Part shown: positions 61,176 through 64,000 of the stretch, piece by piece | Position numbering within the stretch: position 1 is the stretch's first letter | How the letters are laid out: every line of letters begins with the position of its first letter | DNA from: an uncultured cyanobacterium | GTDB taxonomy: Bacteria; Cyanobacteriota; Cyanobacteriia; Phormidesmidales; Phormidesmidaceae | Length of the DNA: 64,000 nucleotides | Direction: 5' to 3' | Assembly: GCA_963793265.1 (NCBI GenBank) | Contig: CAWBZI010000006.1 | Coordinates: forward strand, 512,001-576,000 | Notes under the pieces: generated by a model | Seen by the model: only the letters and a program-made list of their open reading frames with translations | What the model was told of the DNA's origin: nothing | Databases searched by the model: none | Position numbers and translations under genes: made by a program

Positions 61176-63413
61176 CTATACATAGTCGAAAGAACCGCCA
61201 GTCAACGAGCTTAGCTCCTTGCCATCAATAAGCGCAATGAGTTCAAACTGCCCCCCTTGTGCGAGTAAAAGTGTCTTCTCGTTCTTATCGCTGCCGCTGC
61301 CCAAGGCATACATAGAAGCATCTCCTTTGAGCTGAATAACGTCACCTTTTTTGCCATCAAACTTACTGATATAGGCATAGTCATAAAGACCAGCACTATT
61401 GACGTCACCATCGTCGTAAAAGACCTGATTGGCATCCCCTAAAACATAGCGATCGCCGTCTTTACCTATCAGCTCATCAATCTCACCGCGTCCGGCGAAC
61501 GGCTGCGTAGGATCAACGCCAATGAGGATGTCGTTGCCCTTACCCGCTTTGAGTTCATCTTTACCGGTGCCCCCAACCAGTAAATTGTCGCCTTCTTTTG
61601 CTTCTAGCTTATCGTTGCCTGCGCCGCCATAGAGCCGGTTGTTGCCTTTTTCAGCCTTAAGCTCGTCATTTCCCGCACCGCCGTCCAGCAGATTATTGCC
61701 TTCTTTTGCTTCTAGCTTATCGTTGCCCGCTTCGCCATAGAGAAAGTTGTTGCCCTGATCGTCTTTGAGTTCATCATCGCCATCACCGCCAAAAAGAGAA
61801 TCGTCTCCTTTCTTACCCTCTAACTTGTCTTCACCGCCCCCGCCACGAATAAAATCAGCACCATCCGTTCCCTTCAGCTTATCTTTACCGTCTTGCCCCT
61901 GAATGATTGGCCCTACGTCATAGACTGTAGTGGTTCCACTAATTTCTTGGGCGGCAACTAGCAAGGGCCGTCCCGTTGGACTATCTGCCGCTGAAACAAA
62001 GGTTAATCCCTCTGGGGAAACATCGCCTACTGCCGGATTGACCGAACCATCCGGCAGCATAATCGGCACCTCAAAATTACGGTCATTAATATACTGCTCA
62101 AAATGGGGCTTGCGAGGATTGGTGATGTCGTAAACAACAATTCCGCTGGTGCGCTCTAACCCAATAAAGGCAAACGTTTTACCGCCCACCTGTCCAATCG
62201 CTAAGGCTTCAGGCTCCGGGCCTTTGTCATCGCTGCGATCGTCAAAAGCGTTCTCCTCATCATCGGAGTTAAAGCCACCTGGCACCTGCGCTGCTGTGAT
62301 TTGCTCTAGCGCATCGCCACTGTCAAAAATCAGGTTGCCATCTTCATCCCAAATCGAAAAGGAGCGCCCGCCATAGGCGTAAAGCTCGTCATAGTCACCG
62401 TCGCCATCAGTATCACCTAACGTTGTTGTTACCTTTAATCGACCCAAATTTTCATCTCTTTGAAGCTCGGCGGCGTTGGGGAAAGCAACCGGATCTAGAA
62501 CCAGATCGCCCACTCGCGCTTCTTCACTAAAGCCGCTGTAGTCGCGGGCATCTCCTTCATTTGCGGTGACCAAGTAAGTCTGACCATTGGCGCGGTATGT
62601 GGCAATTGTATCTGGCTGATAAAGGCCAAACACCGGGACAGGGCGAATGTTGATGCCACCGTCTTCATTGCTTGGATCGATTCCATTACCGGGTAGAGAA
62701 TAGTCTTTGAGGCCCAGTGGCAAAAGCTCTACTTGGCCGCTTGCCAAATCGATTTTGGCAAGCGCGTTGTTCTCTTGGAGGGTCACCCAGGCTGTTTTAG
62801 AGTCTGGCGTGATCGCAACAAACTCGGGCTCCAAATCTTGAGAAACGCTAGCACCTGGCCCAAATATACGAATGCCTTGGTCAATGAGCATCTGCTTGTC
62901 AAACTGGTCGAAAGACACCAACAATACATTTTGCTGAGTGAGCTGGCCGACTCCGCCTGAAAGGTCAATAATGCTCACCGAGCCTTCCGCATCAACCGTG
63001 TAGTCATCACTAGGTTCACCCTCATTAGCTACAACCACCCTTTGACCATCGGGGGTAAACGTCAGTGCATCGGGTAGTGCACCGACTTCAACAGAACTTA
63101 TTAAGTTGCCATCTGTATCGAAAAAGACGACCGTTCCAGGGTCTTGCTTTACCTCGGCTTCGACTGCGACGGCAACGATGCCATTTTTGACAGCAACACT
63201 GTTAACACCGCCGCCAAATGCATTGAGCGCAATCGCATTAACTTTGGTCGGATTATTCGGATTAGAAACATCTATCACGTCTATTGTGAAATCTGCTCCG
63301 TTGGTCACAAACAATCGGTCAGAAGTTGGATCAAAAGCAACAATCTCAGCGGCACTTTCAGCGAAGATACCCGTCGCATAAGTACCTAGTTTATTCAGTT
63401 GAGCAGTAGACAT
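61176..63413 (-). CDS. Choice-of-anchor I (alkaline phosphatase-associated) domain protein with RTX Ca-binding repeats
   Basis: VGALPD, ANEGEP, LEPE, QENN, RSDDKGPEPE; GGxGxD nonamers. Confidence 0.85.
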   Translation of the reverse strand: MSTAQLNKLGTYATGIFAESAAEIVAFDPTSDRLFVTNGADFTIDVIDVSNPNNPTKVNAIALNAFGGGVNSVAVKNGIVAVAVEAEVKQDPGTVVFFDTDGNLISSVEVGALPDALTFTPDGQRVVVANEGEPSDDYTVDAEGSVSIIDLSGGVGQLTQQNVLLVSFDQFDKQMLIDQGIRIFGPGASVSQDLEPEFVAITPDSKTAWVTLQENNALAKIDLASGQVELLPLGLKDYSLPGNGIDPSNEDGGINIRPVPVFGLYQPDTIATYRANGQTYLVTANEGDARDYSGFSEEARVGDLVLDPVAFPNAAELQRDENLGRLKVTTTLGDTDGDGDYDELYAYGGRSFSIWDEDGNLIFDSGDALEQITAAQVPGGFNSDDEENAFDDRSDDKGPEPEALAIGQVGGKTFAFIGLERTSGIVVYDITNPRKPHFEQYINDRNFEVPIMLPDGSVNPAVGDVSPEGLTFVSAADSPTGRPLLVAAQEISGTTTVYDVGPIIQGQDGKDKLKGTDGADFIRGGGGEDKLEGKKGDDSLFGGDGDDELKDDQGNNFLYGEAGNDKLEAKEGNNLLDGGAGNDELKAEKGNNRLYGGAGNDKLEAKEGDNLLVGGTGKDELKAGKGNDILIGVDPTQPFAGRGEIDELIGKDGDRYVLGDANQVFYDDGDVNSAGLYDYAYISKFDGKKGDVIQLKGDASMYALGSGSDKNEKTLLLAQGGQFELIALIDGKELSSLTGGSFDYV

Positions 63414-64000
63414 CGATTAGGAACATCCTTTTGTAAGCACGTAAGCAAGCAGCCCAAAGGCTGAGAGATGCCACCCATATATGAAAGACTCAGATTTAGA
63501 CGCTTTTATCTATACATACGAGATATACGTATTAAAAATGTAGGAACCGGAAATAGGAATAATAAACTTATGTGTACCTGAAGTCTTTCGTCCCTAAGAT
63601 TGCTTGCTTGGCATCGAAACGGATGGCCGCTGTCGCGGTTGAAACTGGATATTTTTGTCAGCTTTTAGATAGGTCTATTGTGAAGCAAAGCAGTCTTAGA
63701 GTCAGATTTTATATTTTTTTGAGATGCTAGCACTTTATTTATGCATAAATAAAGCTATATTGACAGAGATCACAATATCCGTGAAAGTAACTACATTAAA
63801 TTAAGGTATTTTTACAGCGCTTCAAACAAAAGGCGTTTTACTCACTACCCGTAGATGCTGTCCTATCCACCGAACAAGTAGAGAAGCTTCTAGTAGCTTC
63901 GATTTATACGACTAATATAAAACCTCCGCGCTGATCACCTTATTTGTCTGCTTTATTTGTCTTTAGTTAAATAAGTTCACGTCACTATTATGTTGCTGCG

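Noticed and set aside
63540..63670. Riboswitch upstream of the phosphatase-like gene
   Set aside because: Only a short GGGACGAAAG resemblance on the minus strand; no full consensus recognised
63781..63794. NtcA-like GTG-N8-TAC (also at 22315-22328)
   Set aside because: Non-canonical half-site, expected by chance in AT-rich DNA; no supporting promoter identified

Overview
A 64-kb cyanobacterial chromosome segment. The evidence is abundant HIP1 octamers (GCGATCGC) plus psb29/thf1, a CpcT-type lyase and ndhS; a Leptolyngbyaceae/Phormidesmis-like lineage is only my inference. Core genes include alpha-carbonic anhydrase, peptide ABC transporter parts, hemF, mrp, rodA and ndhS. Accessory blocks are: (1) a GT39-GT39-(methyltransferase+GT2) glycosylation cluster with a palindromic element inserted in-frame; (2) a decaying type I R-M locus (intact hsdR, frameshifted hsdS, internally deleted hsdM) with an antitoxin-VapC-antitoxin cassette inside it; (3) a ureA-ureB-ureG-ureD block lacking ureC, flanked by two orphan MNT genes and a MITE; (4) a K+ channel / YgiB-like lipoprotein / glutathionylspermidine-synthase-like / ferritin-like operon; (5) two large caspase-family proteins, one a caspase-STAND-WD40 followed by a divergent RRM gene. 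The most striking non-gene signal is a repeated flip in strand composition, G/T-rich before and C/A-rich after, centred on HIP1 sites and independent of gene orientation. I saw no rRNA, tRNA or CRISPR array. All calls are by-eye motif recognition; no searches were run.
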